Shown: positions 35,681 through 45,541 of the stretch, piece after piece
Position numbering within the stretch: the stretch's first letter is position 1
Layout of the letters: each line of letters opens with the position of its first letter
Source: Myxococcota bacterium
Lineage (GTDB): Bacteria > Myxococcota_A > UBA9160 > UBA6930
DNA length: 64,000 nt
Direction of reading: 5' to 3'
NCBI GenBank assembly: GCA_965223705.1
Contig: OZ245015.1
Span: forward strand, 3,680,001-3,744,000
Translations under genes and position numbers: made by a program
The notes under the pieces: model-generated
The model's database searches: none
Seen by the model: only the letters and a program-made list of their open reading frames with translations
What the model was told of the DNA's origin: nothing

Positions 35681-37605
35681 GGAGCGTCCTCGAGAGGAAG
35701 CGCGATATAGAACGTCGTCCCCTTCCCTGTATCGGTTTCGAACCAGAGACGTCCGCCGTGTTGCTCGACCACGCAGTTGTAGGCGATCGCCAGCCCTTGC
35801 CCGGAGCCTTTACCCACGGTTTTCGTCGTGAAGAACGGATCGAAGACACGGTCCCGCACGTCTTCGGGGATACCGCAGCCGTCGTCGGACACCGACACGA
35901 TCACTTCGCCGTCCCTGCGTCGGGTCTCCACGCGAATGACTCCCGTCTCGCCGGTCCCTGCCCGGTCGACTTCGATCGCGTGCGCTGCGTTGACGACCAG
36001 GTTGAGAAAAACCTGATTGAGATCACTCAAATGGCAAGGAACCCCGGGAATCTCGCCGAGCGAAAGTTCTAGTTCGGCGATGTACTTGTACTCGCCGCGC
36101 GCGACCGTGAGCGTCGTATCGATGGCATGGTTGAGATCCGAAACGACTTTTTCTTTGCTTCCCGGGTGGGCGAAGTCTTTCATCGCTCGAACGATCGACG
36201 CGACTCGCGAGAGGCCGTCGAGGCTTCGCTTGATCGCTTCGGGGCCTTCGCTCAGTACAAACTCGAGGTCGGCTTCTTCCTCGACTTCGACGAGCGACTT
36301 CGTCGCTTCCGCTGCAAGGCCTTGAGACGCCACCGTGTCTTTGTAGGAGTTGAGGACACCGACGAGATCGGTAAAGGCCTCTTCCAAGAATGTGACGCTG
36401 TCGCTCACGAACTGGACGGGAGTATTGATCTCGTGGGCGATTCCCGCGGCGAGCTGACCAACCGACTCGAGTTTTTGCGCTTGTCGCAACTCGATTTCGA
36501 GGTTCCGCTGCGCGCTGATATCGCGTGCGACGACCGTAAAGCTCTGCGGCGCTTCCCGGCCCGCCGTCGAAGACACCGCGAGCAGGCACGGAAAAGAGTC
36601 ACCGTCACCTCTCAGCCCTTGAACCTCGAACGACCCTTCTGCGAGCGGATCGTCCCCCTCGATCGTGGCGAGCAGCGTGTCGACGGGCGCACCGATCAGC
36701 TCGTCGTGACTGCGACGAAAATCGGTTTCCGCAGCCCGGTTCGCCGTGGCGACCCGCCGATCGCCGTCGAAGGTCAGGATCGATGACGGAGCTGTCGAAA
36801 GGATGCTCTCGAGCTCGGTGCTCAGCGCTTTCGCGATGGCCTCCGCTTCGCGGGCCGCTCGGCTCTCCGCCCGTATTTGGCCGACGTAGCTCGCCAGCGT
36901 CTCGTTGAGGCTTCGGAGTTCGCTCACGCGGACGTCGTCTGCCGGCGGAGGCGGTTCACCGCGCCGCGCCGCGTCCGTCAGGCGTTCGATCGGGGTTACG
37001 AGGCGACGGGACAGCCACAGCCAGATCCCCGACAACACCGCGGCGTAGACGAGGGAGCTCGCGATCGCTTGGTGAAGGCTTCTTCGGCGCTGATCGACCA
37101 CTCGCTGCGTCAAGTTCTCGAAGCGGTCGGAGCTGTTTTCCCGCGCGGACTCCAACCATGCGACGAAATCACCGGTGAGTTCGTCCGAGCGAACCCGCAG
37201 GATCTCGCCGCGTTCGCGCAGCATGGGCTCGGACAAGAAAGCGTACTCACGGCTCGTTTCGTCGGCCGACGAGACGAGTTCAGAAACCCGCGCGGCGTCT
37301 TCACCGGTGATCGTCTGCGCCTCGGCGAGTCGAGCGATGAGATCGGTGGTTGAAATCGCTTGTTGGTTCGCGCCTTCCCAGTAGTAGGCGCCCCCGTGGC
37401 CGTAGAGCAAATCCAGGGAAACCAACCACTGCGCGACAAGCGCCTCGAGGAACTCGAAATCGCGCTCGGCGAGCGCCGCCTGGGTGGCGTCTTGGGCGAG
37501 GCGATCGACCCGCTGGTACCCGCGATCCGCGGCGTAGAAGACCGTGAAGCCCAGGATTGCCGTGGCGAGGACGGCCCCGGCAACGTGCTGGCCAATCCGG
37601 GACAT
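35677..37605 (-). CDS. Membrane sensor histidine kinase (HAMP-PAS-HisKA-HATPase)
   Basis: Two TM segments; GIAHEINTP; NLVVNA; DDGCGI; FFTTK; GQGL. Confidence 0.93.
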   Translation of the reverse strand: MSRIGQHVAGAVLATAILGFTVFYAADRGYQRVDRLAQDATQAALAERDFEFLEALVAQWLVSLDLLYGHGGAYYWEGANQQAISTTDLIARLAEAQTITGEDAARVSELVSSADETSREYAFLSEPMLRERGEILRVRSDELTGDFVAWLESARENSSDRFENLTQRVVDQRRRSLHQAIASSLVYAAVLSGIWLWLSRRLVTPIERLTDAARRGEPPPPADDVRVSELRSLNETLASYVGQIRAESRAAREAEAIAKALSTELESILSTAPSSILTFDGDRRVATANRAAETDFRRSHDELIGAPVDTLLATIEGDDPLAEGSFEVQGLRGDGDSFPCLLAVSSTAGREAPQSFTVVARDISAQRNLEIELRQAQKLESVGQLAAGIAHEINTPVQFVSDSVTFLEEAFTDLVGVLNSYKDTVASQGLAAEATKSLVEVEEEADLEFVLSEGPEAIKRSLDGLSRVASIVRAMKDFAHPGSKEKVVSDLNHAIDTTLTVARGEYKYIAELELSLGEIPGVPCHLSDLNQVFLNLVVNAAHAIEVDRAGTGETGVIRVETRRRDGEVIVSVSDDGCGIPEDVRDRVFDPFFTTKTVGKGSGQGLAIAYNCVVEQHGGRLWFETDTGKGTTFYIALPLEDAP

Positions 37606-38252
37606 TACGGAGCGTCGGCGGCGTTGGGATCTGCGTTTGCGGGGGTCGCGGCCAAGGAACCGAGGGTCTCTCCCCATGCGGCCTCGGTGACCGCGATGGT
37701 TTTGATTCCCGAGCGGGCGACCGCTTCGATGAGTCCGAGCGTATCCTGTGGGAACCCCATAGATTCGCCGCGAAACGCGAGATCCTCCGGCTCGAACCAC
37801 CGGATGAGATCGGCCAGCGTCCGCCCGCGGAATTTCGCCCGAGTGTCGTCGCTTTCGATGACCGTGCGTCGTCGACTGCGACATTTCTGGACTCGGTAGT
37901 CGAGGATGCTGAGATCCCGCTCGAGACCCCACGCGACCTCGACGAGTCCCCAACGGCTTCGCTCGGATCGGACGTGCACGAATCCGAGCGGTTCCCCCGC
38001 TCGGGTCGCGACATAGAGCGTGTGCTTCCCCAGCTCTGCCCGGTGAAGCGGAAACGGAACAGCCTCCTCGACGCGGGCGGCGACATCCCGGTCGATTTTC
38101 CGAACGATCGACTGGTAGCCGTTCGCATCCGGGAACATGTCGTAGATCAGCTTCACCGGATCGCGTAGTGCGCAGTAGGCTTGGGCTTCGGCGATCTCCG
38201 CGTGGAACGAAATCGCGACCAGCAGCATCAGCGTGAATCTCGTCGGGCCCAC
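37605..38252 (-). CDS. Exported hypothetical protein, possible FMN-binding-like fold
   Basis: GTG after GGAGGG; signal peptide; AYCALRDP; two Cys; stop overlaps kinase start. Confidence 0.7.
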   Translation of the reverse strand: MGPTRFTLMLLVAISFHAEIAEAQAYCALRDPVKLIYDMFPDANGYQSIVRKIDRDVAARVEEAVPFPLHRAELGKHTLYVATRAGEPLGFVHVRSERSRWGLVEVAWGLERDLSILDYRVQKCRSRRRTVIESDDTRAKFRGRTLADLIRWFEPEDLAFRGESMGFPQDTLGLIEAVARSGIKTIAVTEAAWGETLGSLAATPANADPNAADAP

Positions 38253-38260
38253 GACCCCTC

Positions 38261-39364
38261 CTAGTATCGGTACCGCAGCTGAAACGCCCACAACGTGTCT
38301 CGCTCGCCGTCTCCGAACGTGGTGAACTGTTGTGAGATCTGAGTGCTCACACTCCAGTGTCGGTCCGGTGCGAACCGAATCCCGAAGGCGCCGGAAGTCT
38401 GGTCCTCCCAACCGGAATCCCAGTCCCGCTCGTGGGCCTTGAGCTGGAGGTACGCCACGGTGCGATCGTCCGATGCGTGCCAGTCGAGTTCGAGCAGGAG
38501 GAGGCGTACGCCCTGGCCCCGGTCGTCGCCGAGCGAAGCTTCGCCGAGCAGCGTGAAGCGCGAAAACTCGTAGTGGGCATCGATCCCGAAACGAGTTCGC
38601 CGCAGGATGTGCTCGATATCGGCCTCGCTTCCTGGGTCTGCGAGACCTCGCTTCCACAGTCCGACTGCGCGCTCATTCGAGACGCGTCCATGAAAGCCGG
38701 ATAGGCCCACCGCGAAGCGACGTTCGGAGGAAGTTCCGACCCGCCCGGCGACGATGCCCGAAGCTTCGCCGTGACGCTGATCGGTGTTGCCGCGCTGCCA
38801 GCCGACTTCGTATTCGAGCCATGGCAATACGCCGTTCACCGAGGCGCCCCAGTCCGCTTTCATTCCGAGATTCTCTGGGCTGGTGTAGTCGCGAAGGGTT
38901 CCGTTCGTGTTGATGGAGTGCTCGAGACCGAAGGGAACCTCGTACCGGCCGACCCGAAAATTGAGGCGACCGCCGGTGAGTCCGGTGTAGTTGAAATTGA
39001 AGATGCGATAGACGAACTCCCAGTCGTCTTCGTCCTCAAAAAAGGGAGGATGAGCGGGCTGATTGTGAATCCGCGTCAAATAGCCCTGGAGCGTCAGAGT
39101 TCCGATGTCCTGCTCGCGCGAGCTCACGACCTTGTGGGCGTCGAAGCCCAAGAAAGACTCGAGTGCGGTCTCTCTGCGCTCGTCGGAATAGACGAAGCGC
39201 TGACTCGCATCGAGTGTGAATCGAAGGTTCTCGAAACGATCGATCTGACGATCGAGGAGCGGCACTCGCAAGCTCGGCCAGTCCACCTCTGCCCGCGACG
39301 GGTTGGGTATCCCACCGATCAGGAGCAAGAGCGCGAAGCTCCATACGCACACGGGGTTTGCCAT
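38261..39364 (-). CDS. Outer-membrane porin-like beta-barrel
   Basis: Signal peptide; GRYEVPFGLE; alternating strands; terminal QLRYRY. Confidence 0.75.
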   Translation of the reverse strand: MANPVCVWSFALLLLIGGIPNPSRAEVDWPSLRVPLLDRQIDRFENLRFTLDASQRFVYSDERRETALESFLGFDAHKVVSSREQDIGTLTLQGYLTRIHNQPAHPPFFEDEDDWEFVYRIFNFNYTGLTGGRLNFRVGRYEVPFGLEHSINTNGTLRDYTSPENLGMKADWGASVNGVLPWLEYEVGWQRGNTDQRHGEASGIVAGRVGTSSERRFAVGLSGFHGRVSNERAVGLWKRGLADPGSEADIEHILRRTRFGIDAHYEFSRFTLLGEASLGDDRGQGVRLLLLELDWHASDDRTVAYLQLKAHERDWDSGWEDQTSGAFGIRFAPDRHWSVSTQISQQFTTFGDGERDTLWAFQLRYRY

Positions 39365-39426
39365 GAGACTGGAGTCGGACCATTCCCACTGGAACTAAAG
39401 CCTGGGCGCGTTGCCAGCTCCGTGAT

Positions 39427-40563
39427 TTATGAAGGCTTTTCGCCACAGGGCACGGGAAACGGTTTCCCGGGTTTCGCGAAGAGGTAGCCCTGGAGATAGT
39501 CGCACCCGAGCGCTCGTATCGTCGCGCGCTCCGCATCGGTCTCGATGCCCTCAGCGACGGTCTGAATGCCGAGCTCGTTGCACAACCGGCAGATGGATTC
39601 GATCAAGCGGCCCTTTGTCGAGCCGGCCTCGACCCCCCGAATCAACTCCATGTCGAATTTCACGAAGTCGGGCTCCAGGGCCGCGAAGCTCGATAGCCCG
39701 GCGTAGCCCGCTCCGAGATCGTCGATGGCGAGCCGGAAGCCCAGCGAGCGGATCCGGGCCACCTTCTCATCGAAGTCGACGATCGTGCCGAGCGTTTCTC
39801 GTTCGGTGAGCTCGAGCACGATTCGATCGCGGTGTGAAGCTTCCTCGAGGAGAGCGAAGAACTCGGCGTGCTCGAGCGAACGCGGATGTACGTTCACAAA
39901 AAGCGACCGGCCGTCGGGGAGATCCTCGGTCAATGCGGAGACACAAGCCCAGACGCGTTCGTCGATCTGATCGATCCCGCCGAGACCTTCTCCGAGTGCG
40001 AGGAGCTCGAGGGGAGACATGCCTTCGACTCGCATGAGGGCTTCGTACGCGAAGGACCGACCGGTCTCGCTCGAGAACACAATCGGTTGCGCCGCCAGCC
40101 ACAAGCCCGAAAGGGCGAGCTCGAACCGGTCTGCGTCGCCGTCGTCTGCGGTCGCGCGACTCGGTTGTTCGAGGTCGCGACGGCTGATGAATCGAGCCGC
40201 TTCATCGATGACGTCGCGCAGTTCTTCCGCGCCGCAGGGCTTCATGAGAAAGCGGAAGATCTCCGCCTTGTTGATCGCGTTCGCGACGGCCGCCATGTCG
40301 GCTTGGCCGGTCAGGATGACGCGGACGGTCTCAGGCCATTCCTCGCGAACCCGCGCCAACAGTTCGGAGCCTTGGAGCCCGGGCATCCGCTCGTCCGACA
40401 CCACCATGTCGAAACGTCCGGCGGCGAGTTTCTCGAGGGCTTCTTCTCCGCTGTCGGCGATCTCCACGGTATGGGGCGACCGGCGAAGCAGCGCTCGGAT
40501 GCTGCGCGTTACCTCGGGTTCGTCGTCGACGAAGAGCAGTCGCAGGGGACGGACATCGGTCAT
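39427..40563 (-). CDS. REC-EAL c-di-GMP phosphodiesterase
   Basis: VDDE, VVSDERMPG; YEALMR, VNV, ELTE, IDDLGAGY, VKFD, AEGIE, LQGY. Confidence 0.93.
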   Translation of the reverse strand: MTDVRPLRLLFVDDEPEVTRSIRALLRRSPHTVEIADSGEEALEKLAAGRFDMVVSDERMPGLQGSELLARVREEWPETVRVILTGQADMAAVANAINKAEIFRFLMKPCGAEELRDVIDEAARFISRRDLEQPSRATADDGDADRFELALSGLWLAAQPIVFSSETGRSFAYEALMRVEGMSPLELLALGEGLGGIDQIDERVWACVSALTEDLPDGRSLFVNVHPRSLEHAEFFALLEEASHRDRIVLELTERETLGTIVDFDEKVARIRSLGFRLAIDDLGAGYAGLSSFAALEPDFVKFDMELIRGVEAGSTKGRLIESICRLCNELGIQTVAEGIETDAERATIRALGCDYLQGYLFAKPGKPFPVPCGEKPS

Positions 40564-40727
40564 CGACCCCGGTTATCGGATTCGGAGCGGGAGTGCTGGA
40601 TCGGGCTTTTCCTGTCGCCCCGCGGGCCGGGGTTTCGTTCACCGAGGTGAATCCCGACGGCAATTGGTGGCGTAACACTACGATAGGAGCCCGTGTTTGA
40701 GCGCTCCTCACAGGAAGGAATTCGTCC

Positions 40728-41291
40728 ATGCGCCCCCTCGCTCTTCTCTCGTCGTTCGCCTTGACGCTCGCTCTCACTGCAGCTTCCGGCGCCGCCACCA
40801 TTGTTGGCAGCGCCACCTTGACGGGTGACCAGGAGGTCCCCCCGGTGGCGACGGCCGCATCGGGAACCCTGAGCTTCACCCTCGACGACACCACGCTGTT
40901 GATGGATCTCACCGGATCCGTGCAAGGTCTCTCGGTCGCGGATATCACATTCCCGAGCGGCCCTCTCGCGTTCGGGACGTTCGGGCCGCTCCACATTCAT
41001 GCCGGAGCTGCCGGCACAAACGGGGGCATCGTGGTCCCGTTCAGCGAGGCGAGCTTCTTCACGGACACCGCCACGGGATTCGACGTCTCGGCGATGGGGA
41101 TTCCCGTAGACGCGAGCGTGATCCCGCAGCTCCTGTCCGGTGACACGTACTTCAACCTCCACACACCGCCGAACGACGGGGGCGAGATCCGCGGCCAGAT
41201 CAGCGCGGCGATCCCCGAGCCGTCGAGTGCCCTGCTGTTTGGCTTGGCGATTGGGCTAGCAGCGCTGCATACGCGCGGCCGCGCGATGTAG
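40728..41291 (+). CDS. CHRD-domain protein with PEP-CTERM sorting signal
   Basis: LTGDQEVPPV, HIHAG, YFNLHT..GGEIRGQI; IPEPSS + TM + basic residues. Confidence 0.92.
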   Translation: MRPLALLSSFALTLALTAASGAATIVGSATLTGDQEVPPVATAASGTLSFTLDDTTLLMDLTGSVQGLSVADITFPSGPLAFGTFGPLHIHAGAAGTNGGIVVPFSEASFFTDTATGFDVSAMGIPVDASVIPQLLSGDTYFNLHTPPNDGGEIRGQISAAIPEPSSALLFGLAIGLAALHTRGRAM

Positions 41292-41395
41292 GATCGCCAG
41301 AACGGAGATCCCCCGAGGGGCATGGAGCGACGTGTGGTGTTCGAAAGACCACACTTTCACAAGTTCTCTATGCTTCTTCCCTCGGAGTCTCCGCC

Positions 41396-43153
41396 ATGCC
41401 GAACCGCTGCCTATCTCTGTTGATCGCCTGCGCGATGGCCGCCTCGTTCCCGGCTTGGGCCGACGATCGCTCGGAATCCGGCGTGCAGCTGGGAAGGAAC
41501 GACGTTTCGCCTTCCCGCCGTATCGAGCCGCGAACTCGGGACCACCGCCCGCGAGGCGACCGCTGGAGAAGGCACCCGGCGTCCGTACGCAGCATCGACG
41601 GCAGTGGAAACCATCGCGACCACCATGAGCGCAACGCCGCACATACCCCGCTCATCCGAATGGTTCCGGCCGATTACGCCGACGGCGTCTCGGCCATGTC
41701 CGGCCCTGACCGGCCCAGCGCCCGCGAAGTCAGCAACCGGGTGCACGCCCAAACCGCGCTCGTCGCGAACCCGTATGGAACCAGCGACTACCTGTGGCAA
41801 TGGGGGCAATTCCTCGACCACGACATCGATCTGACGGAAGGCAGCGACCCGCCCGAGTTCGCGGGGATCCCCGTCCCGGTCGGCGATCCCTTCTTCGACC
41901 CCGACTGGACGGGCTCACAAGTGATCCCGTTCAACCGCTCGATCCACGACCTGGAAACGGGTACGAACCCTGAGAACCCTCGCGAGCAGATCAACGAGAT
42001 CACGGGATGGATCGACGGCTCGAACGTCTACGGCTCCGACAGCGTGCGCGCTTCCGCGTTGCGAGCCAACGACGGTACGGGCCGTCTTGCGACGGGCCCC
42101 GGGAATCTCCTCCCCGACAGTGACGGTACGTTGCCGAACGCCACGGGAGGCTCCAGCCAGGTGATGTTTCTGGCGGGGGATGTGCGCGCCAACGAGCAGG
42201 TGGGCCTCACGGCACTTCACACGCTGTTCGTTCGCGAGCACAATCGCCTCGCCGACCGGATCCGCCGGCGCCACCGGCGACTTTCGGGTGATGAGGTCTA
42301 CGAACGCGCCCGGCGAATCGTGGGCGCGCTGATGCAGGCCATCACGTACAACGAGTTCTTGCCGGCCCTCCTGGGCCCTCGGGCCATTCCGCCATACCGA
42401 GGCTACGACCGATGGGTCGACGCGCGTATCGCCAATGAGTTCTCGACGGCGGGCTACCGGTTCGGCCACAGCGCACTCTCGCCGCGACTTCTACGTCTCG
42501 ATCGCAAGCTCCGTGAAACGGTCGACGGGCACGTCGCGTTGCGCGACGCGTTTTTCAATCCCGACCGCGTGCGCGACGAAGGAGGTATCGAACCGATTCT
42601 CCGCGGCCTCGCCTACCAGCGTCACCAGCGAATCGATGCGTTCATCGTCGACGACGTTCGCAACTTCCTGTTCGGTCCGCCGGGGCACGGGGGCTTCGAT
42701 CTCGCGGCTTTGAACGTGCAGCGCGGCCGAGATCACGGTCTCGGTTCCTTCAACGCGGCCCGCACGGCGTACGGGCTCGCACCCGTGAGCGACTTCTCCG
42801 ACATCAGCTCGGATCCGGAAATCCGCGCGCGGCTCGCGGATACGTACGAAAACGTCGACGACGTCGACGCTTGGGTCGGCTGTCTATCGGAAGACCCGAT
42901 GCCTCATGCGCAGGTCGGAGAACTCGCTTACGAGATCCTCGTCGACCAGTTCACGGCCCTGCGCGACGGCGACCGCTTCTGGTACGAACGCACGCTTCGA
43001 GGCCGAGACCTCGAGGAGGTTCGGGGCACCCGACTGTCCGATGTCATCCGGCGCAATACCACGATCGGCCGCGAGATTCCGGGCGATGTCTTCCGAGTGA
43101 AGGATCACCGACGAGCGCCGAAACGCCGCCTCAGCTGGTGGTGGCGTCGCTAG
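41396..43153 (+). CDS. Secreted heme peroxidase (animal peroxidase-cyclooxygenase family)
   Basis: WGQFLDHD, DGSNVYG, GDVRANE, REHN, YRFGHS, QRGRDHG, GDRFWYE. Confidence 0.95.
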   Translation: MPNRCLSLLIACAMAASFPAWADDRSESGVQLGRNDVSPSRRIEPRTRDHRPRGDRWRRHPASVRSIDGSGNHRDHHERNAAHTPLIRMVPADYADGVSAMSGPDRPSAREVSNRVHAQTALVANPYGTSDYLWQWGQFLDHDIDLTEGSDPPEFAGIPVPVGDPFFDPDWTGSQVIPFNRSIHDLETGTNPENPREQINEITGWIDGSNVYGSDSVRASALRANDGTGRLATGPGNLLPDSDGTLPNATGGSSQVMFLAGDVRANEQVGLTALHTLFVREHNRLADRIRRRHRRLSGDEVYERARRIVGALMQAITYNEFLPALLGPRAIPPYRGYDRWVDARIANEFSTAGYRFGHSALSPRLLRLDRKLRETVDGHVALRDAFFNPDRVRDEGGIEPILRGLAYQRHQRIDAFIVDDVRNFLFGPPGHGGFDLAALNVQRGRDHGLGSFNAARTAYGLAPVSDFSDISSDPEIRARLADTYENVDDVDAWVGCLSEDPMPHAQVGELAYEILVDQFTALRDGDRFWYERTLRGRDLEEVRGTRLSDVIRRNTTIGREIPGDVFRVKDHRRAPKRRLSWWWRR

Positions 43154-44819
43154 CCCCGGTTCGGGTGGAGCGGATCTGCTGGATCGTCGTCGCGGGCGAT
43201 AGCGCCTCGGGATCGACGATGACCTCGATGAGCGCGGGTCGCCGACTCTCTGCGCACTGCAACGCGCGCGGAAGCGCCGCAGCGAATTCGGCGTTCGTTT
43301 CCGCGCGTAGCCCCAACGCCCCGTAGCTCTCCGCGAGCTTCGCGAAATCCGGGTTCGAAAGATCCGTCGCGTGAACGCGCTCGGGGTAACGGCGTTCTTG
43401 ATGCATACGGATCGTCCCGTACATCCCGTTGTTCGCGACGATCACCACGACTCCCAGCTCGTAACGCGCGGCGGTCGATAGCTCTTGCCCCGTCATCAAG
43501 AAGCAGCCGTCGCCGGCAAAGCACACGACGCGGCGATCGGGGTGCCTCAGTGCGGCCGAGATCGCCGCCGGAAGCCCGTAGCCCATCGATCCCGAAGTCG
43601 GCGCCAGCTGCGTGCGGTAACCGCGATACGGGTAGTAACGGTTGACCCACGCGGCGTAGTTTCCGGCCCCGTTCGTCACGATGTCGTTCTCCCCCAGCGC
43701 GTCACCCACGCGCGCGACGACATGCTCGAGTTGCAAGGCTCCGGGAGTTGCGATCGGCGCCTGCGCGGCGCGGAACTCCGCGGCCGCTTCGCGGGTCCAC
43801 GCAGCCCACTCCGCCGCCGCTGGGGTCGCAAGTGCAGCGACCGCTTTCGCAAACGCCGGGCTCGACGAGTGGATGCCGAGATCGGGGCGATACATGCGAC
43901 CGATTTCGTCACCCGAAGCGTGGACGTGGACAAACGTCATTTGCGGGTTGGGGATCTTGACGTGGCTGTAGTCGCTCGAAGTGATCTCGCCGAGCCGCGC
44001 GCCGAGACAGATCAGCAGATCGCACTCGCGGATACGGGCCGCGGTTTTGGCATGGATGCCGATACCGGCGTGACCACAATAGTTGGGATGCCGGTTGTCG
44101 AAGTAGTCCTGGCACCGGAACGACGTACACACGGGAACGTGGTTCCGCTCGGAGAAGCGCGCCAGATCCCTCGCCGCGTCGGCGTTCCAACCCCCACCGC
44201 CCGCGATCAGCATCGGTTTTTTCGCGGCATTCAAGAGATCGCGAAACGTCTCGAGATCCTCGTCCGACACCTTGGCCAGGGCCGGCCTCGCGGGTTTGGA
44301 ATCCTCGACCTCTGCCGTGCCCGTGAGAACGTCTTCTGGAAACGCCAGCACAACCGGGCCGGGTCTGCCCGCGACGGCGACGTGAAACGCGCGACTTACG
44401 TACTCCGGAATGCGCGACGTATCGTCGACTTGCGCGACCCATTTGGCCATCTCGCCGAACACACGCCGGTAGTCCATCTCTTGAAAGGCCTCGCGATCGA
44501 GAGCACCTCGCGCGACTTGGCCGACGATCAAGATCATCGGCGTGGAGTCTTGGAACGCGACGTGTACACCCGAAGCGGCGTTGGTGGCCCCCGGCCCACG
44601 GGTCACCATGCAGACGCCGGGGCGCCCGGTCAGCTTCCCCGCGGCTTCCGCCATCATGGCGGCGCCGCCTTCTTGTCGGCACACGATGGTTTGGATCTCG
44701 GAAACGTCGCGGAGCCCATCGAGAGCCGCGAGAAAGCTCTCGCCCGGCACACAAAAGACGCGATCGCAGCCCTGGATACGAAGTTGGTCCGCGAGGATCT
44801 GACCGCCGTGTCGCGTCAC
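43131..44819 (-). CDS. ThDP-dependent enzyme (acetolactate synthase large subunit-like)
   Basis: PGESFL, RQEGGA, TRGPGATN, GSMGY, GDG..NN. Confidence 0.92.
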   Translation of the reverse strand: MTRHGGQILADQLRIQGCDRVFCVPGESFLAALDGLRDVSEIQTIVCRQEGGAAMMAEAAGKLTGRPGVCMVTRGPGATNAASGVHVAFQDSTPMILIVGQVARGALDREAFQEMDYRRVFGEMAKWVAQVDDTSRIPEYVSRAFHVAVAGRPGPVVLAFPEDVLTGTAEVEDSKPARPALAKVSDEDLETFRDLLNAAKKPMLIAGGGGWNADAARDLARFSERNHVPVCTSFRCQDYFDNRHPNYCGHAGIGIHAKTAARIRECDLLICLGARLGEITSSDYSHVKIPNPQMTFVHVHASGDEIGRMYRPDLGIHSSSPAFAKAVAALATPAAAEWAAWTREAAAEFRAAQAPIATPGALQLEHVVARVGDALGENDIVTNGAGNYAAWVNRYYPYRGYRTQLAPTSGSMGYGLPAAISAALRHPDRRVVCFAGDGCFLMTGQELSTAARYELGVVVIVANNGMYGTIRMHQERRYPERVHATDLSNPDFAKLAESYGALGLRAETNAEFAAALPRALQCAESRRPALIEVIVDPEALSPATTIQQIRSTRTGASDATTS

Positions 44820-45487
44820 GATTTCGCACGCGGTCGGATCAAGCTCATGCCGTCGCCGATATAGATCATGACGACGTCGACGCGTGGATCCGCCAGAACG
44901 TGTTCGTTGAACGCGCGGATCGCCGTCAAGTTCTCGTCGTCCTCCTCCGACGGTGGTTTCGCCACCGACCCGCTCCAAAGAACGTTGTCGACGCAGATGA
45001 GGCCCGTCGGCGCGACCCGCTCGAGGACGAGTTCGTAGTACGTGCGGTAGTTCGGTTTGTCGGCGTCGATGAACGCGAAGTCGATCGCCTCCTCGGCGGG
45101 CAGCGCCGCGAGGGTCTCCGCGGCGGGGCCGATCCGCAGATCGATGCGATCGGCGACGCCCGCGCGCTCCCAGTACGGCCGCCCGATGCGGGTCCATTCG
45201 TCGGACACATCGCAACAGAGCAGCCGTCCGCCCGGCGGGAGACCGCGCGCGATCGCGAGCGCGGAAAGACCGGTGAAGGTGCCGACCTCTACGGCGAATC
45301 GGGCGCGGGTGAGCGCGACGAGTTGAGTCAACAGGGCGGATTGCTCGGCGGCGACCTGCATTCGGGAGACGCCTCCCAGCGCGCGGGTCTCGTCGATGAG
45401 CGCCTGAGCTATTTCGTCGGGTGCCTGGCTGTGGGCTGTGGCGTAGTCGTAGGTCGCGTCGCCGATCGATTTGCGTACGGTGGTCAT
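44816..45487 (-). CDS. O-methyltransferase (caffeoyl-CoA/COMT-like)
   Basis: EVGTFTGLS, FIDADK, DNVLWSG. Confidence 0.92.
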   Translation of the reverse strand: MTTVRKSIGDATYDYATAHSQAPDEIAQALIDETRALGGVSRMQVAAEQSALLTQLVALTRARFAVEVGTFTGLSALAIARGLPPGGRLLCCDVSDEWTRIGRPYWERAGVADRIDLRIGPAAETLAALPAEEAIDFAFIDADKPNYRTYYELVLERVAPTGLICVDNVLWSGSVAKPPSEEDDENLTAIRAFNEHVLADPRVDVVMIYIGDGMSLIRPRAKS

Positions 45488-45541
45488 GGGGCGGAGACTA
45501 GCGAAGCGCCGAGAAGCCCTCGGCACCTCGGGGAGGGCTCC

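Noticed and set aside
39376..39392. Fourth TGGGAA-N3-TTCCCA operator upstream of porin gene
   Set aside because: Only one half-site (TTCCCA) matches; outside the island
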